NCBI GenBank assembly: GCA_905178155.1
Contig: CAJINV010000011.1
Span: 2,011,939 to 2,075,938, forward strand
Direction: 5' to 3'
From: Amoebophrya sp. A120
Lineage: Eukaryota; Protista; Dinoflagellata
Length of the DNA: 64,000 bases
Position numbers and translations under genes: made by a program. How positions within the stretch are numbered: position 1 is the first letter of the stretch; each line of letters opens with the position of its first letter. Below are positions 62,259 through 64,000 of this stretch, piece by piece. The notes below the pieces were generated by a model. It had not been told where the DNA came from and ran no database searches. It saw only the letters and a program-made list of their open reading frames with translations.

Positions 62259-63950
62259 TCAGTCCCATTTTTCGAGTAATTCCCAAATATTTTTTGACGG
62301 CTTCTTTTCGAGCTCCTCGTCCTCGACCTCCTCCAGAACCTCGCCCTCCTCGGTTTCGGTATGCATTGCAAATATGTCTGGGTCTGGAAAGTTGTCATGC
62401 TAATGTTGGAATGATACGCAAACTGTGTTGCGAAGCTGTGCATGACAAGTTTCTGAGCGGCTATGTCTAGCGCTAAGCGCATGACAAATGACCTCTTTGC
62501 ATGACAAACAAGCGACGTAGTTGTAGCGCAACAAGCATCACAGGCTTTTCTGTATTACCGGCCAAGCATGACAAACTTGTATTCTTCCAGACCCAGACAT
62601 TTTTGCATTTGATATTCGGTCGTTTGCTTCGATTTTTCTTTTCGGTTTTTCGCCAACAACATGCTCGCGTCCAGCGATCCCGGGTTCTGGCGAATCGACA
62701 CCGCTTCGGCCAGCGCCTCGTCCGCGAGCCAGTCCCCCAGCGTCTGCGCGAACGTTTCCACATATCCCACAGAAAAAAGCTGGCAGGGCATATTTGTAAT
62801 GCAAAAATGAATACACATAGAAATCTGTCATGGGCGGCCTCATAGCATGCTATTTAGGGTATGCAATACAAATTTTTCTGTCTATTTATTTTTGCATTAC
62901 AAATATGACCTGCCAGTTTTTTTCTGTGTGATACCACAGACCGGTCGGAGGAGTTGCTGGGTAGGTGTTCGTTCCGCAGCCACCTGCGCGCCACCTCGTT
63001 AGCCGCGTTGTCCTGTAACGCGATCTTCTGGCCCCGGGGGCACTGGCTCAGAAATTTGCTGCCGAGAGTATGCACTTGCAAAAGAAGTAGACAAGGAAGT
63101 GTCGAGATAAAGCCAAACAGCATTTTTCTACCTTGACAGCGAAATAGAATGACAATTGCTGCAGAAGTTAGTGGAGGTGGAACGCGAAAAACTAAAGTGT
63201 ACTTGCATCTGCATGCAGAGAAACATCATGGTGAAAATATTCATAACGCGTTCCTATCTTATTTCACCCTCTGTCGATGTCACTCATCGGAGAACGCCTT
63301 GCACTTGCACTGTATCAAAAAAATGAAGGAACGAAGCCCCCAGACACTCCATGATCTACTTTTCATCTTGCAGTCCATACGTGTACTTTTTCAGCAAGTC
63401 CAGCAGCGGAACGAGTTCGGGCTTTGTGTTTTGCTTCTGCTTCTCCCCCTCATCGTCCTTGGTGCGGCAAATCATGGTTTTCTGGATTGCCTCGCCGCTC
63501 GGAATGTCGCTGGTGCTCCGTCGGGACCGCGACTTCGACGCTTTGCTCTTACTACTTTCCACCACCTGCAGGTGCTGGGATGATGAACTAGTGTTCGCCA
63601 GAGCAGCAGAACCAGAGCTACCATTTCCGCTTGCACCGCCGGCGAGGGGATTGTTGGCTCCGGAGGTGTTGCTGCTGGTTCGACTGTTTTGCTGCAGCGC
63701 ACCAGCAGCGCCGTTGGAGGTTGTACTCGAACTATTATTCAGCGGCGGGGGGCCGGGAACGGGCTGCTGCAGGGGCGTCGTCAAATTCACCGGCTGCGCG
63801 ACGACGGGCACCATAGGCGACGCGAGCGGGGGCGGGGGCGGAGCGGCCAGCGTGGGCTGCAGGATGGGCACCGGGAGCAGCAGGCCGTTCGCGCCGTACA
63901 CCCAGAGCACGGCCGGCTGGGCGGTCGGCAGGGGCGCCGGCGGAAACGCG
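62259..63950 (-). CDS. hypothetical protein, 3' part (continues beyond the window end)
   Basis: A Pro/Ser-rich ORF plus exons joined across elements 62763-62933 and 62360-62614, ending ...NIWELLEKWD*. Another element begins at about 63951. Confidence 0.55.
62763..62933. mobile_element. Introner TIR element, family I (TATCCCACAGAAAAAAGCTGGCAGG; largely palindromic)
   Basis: TIR with direct repeat CCACA. Relative at 59125-59295. Confidence 0.88.
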
Positions 63951-64000
63951 GATGCATTGCAAATATCGATCTGGGTGTAGAAATAAATTGGAGCTTGTGT

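Noticed and set aside
1-64000. Autonomous transposase, rRNA or tRNA genes
   Set aside because: I recognised no DDE transposase or reverse transcriptase ORF and no structural RNA. The 5-bp TSD and TAT ends are not enough to assign a transposon superfamily.

Overview
Eukaryotic genomic DNA, most consistent with the parasitic dinoflagellate Amoebophrya (Syndiniales; the TAT-starting inverted-repeat introner pattern matches what I recall for strain A120, but the taxon is an inference). All ten recognisable protein-coding genes lie on the minus strand. They are: an MsrB-like protein, a DHHC palmitoyltransferase, a tandem two-domain AMP deaminase, a CLK/LAMMER-type kinase, an ATP-grasp ligase, an SF1 helicase fused to a PD-(D/E)XK nuclease, a JMJD4-like oxygenase, mitoribosomal uL29m/MRPL47, and three hypothetical proteins (one truncated by the window end). 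The coding regions are interrupted by about 80 non-autonomous 110-350 bp TIR elements (TAT...ATA ends, 5-bp direct repeat, at least 9 TIR families). Removing each element plus one direct-repeat copy restores the reading frame, so they behave as non-canonical introns. A few ordinary GT-AG introns coexist with them. Highlights: (1) near-identical elements sit in both orientations; (2) two decayed elements now lie in or form GT-AG introns; (3) two 17-bp-TSD insertions are nested inside elements; (4) the AMP deaminase has an intact domain fused to a domain lacking key catalytic residues; (5) the helicase-nuclease carries a nucleoporin-like FG tract and a CUE-like domain. Gene models were spliced by hand and have no RNA support.
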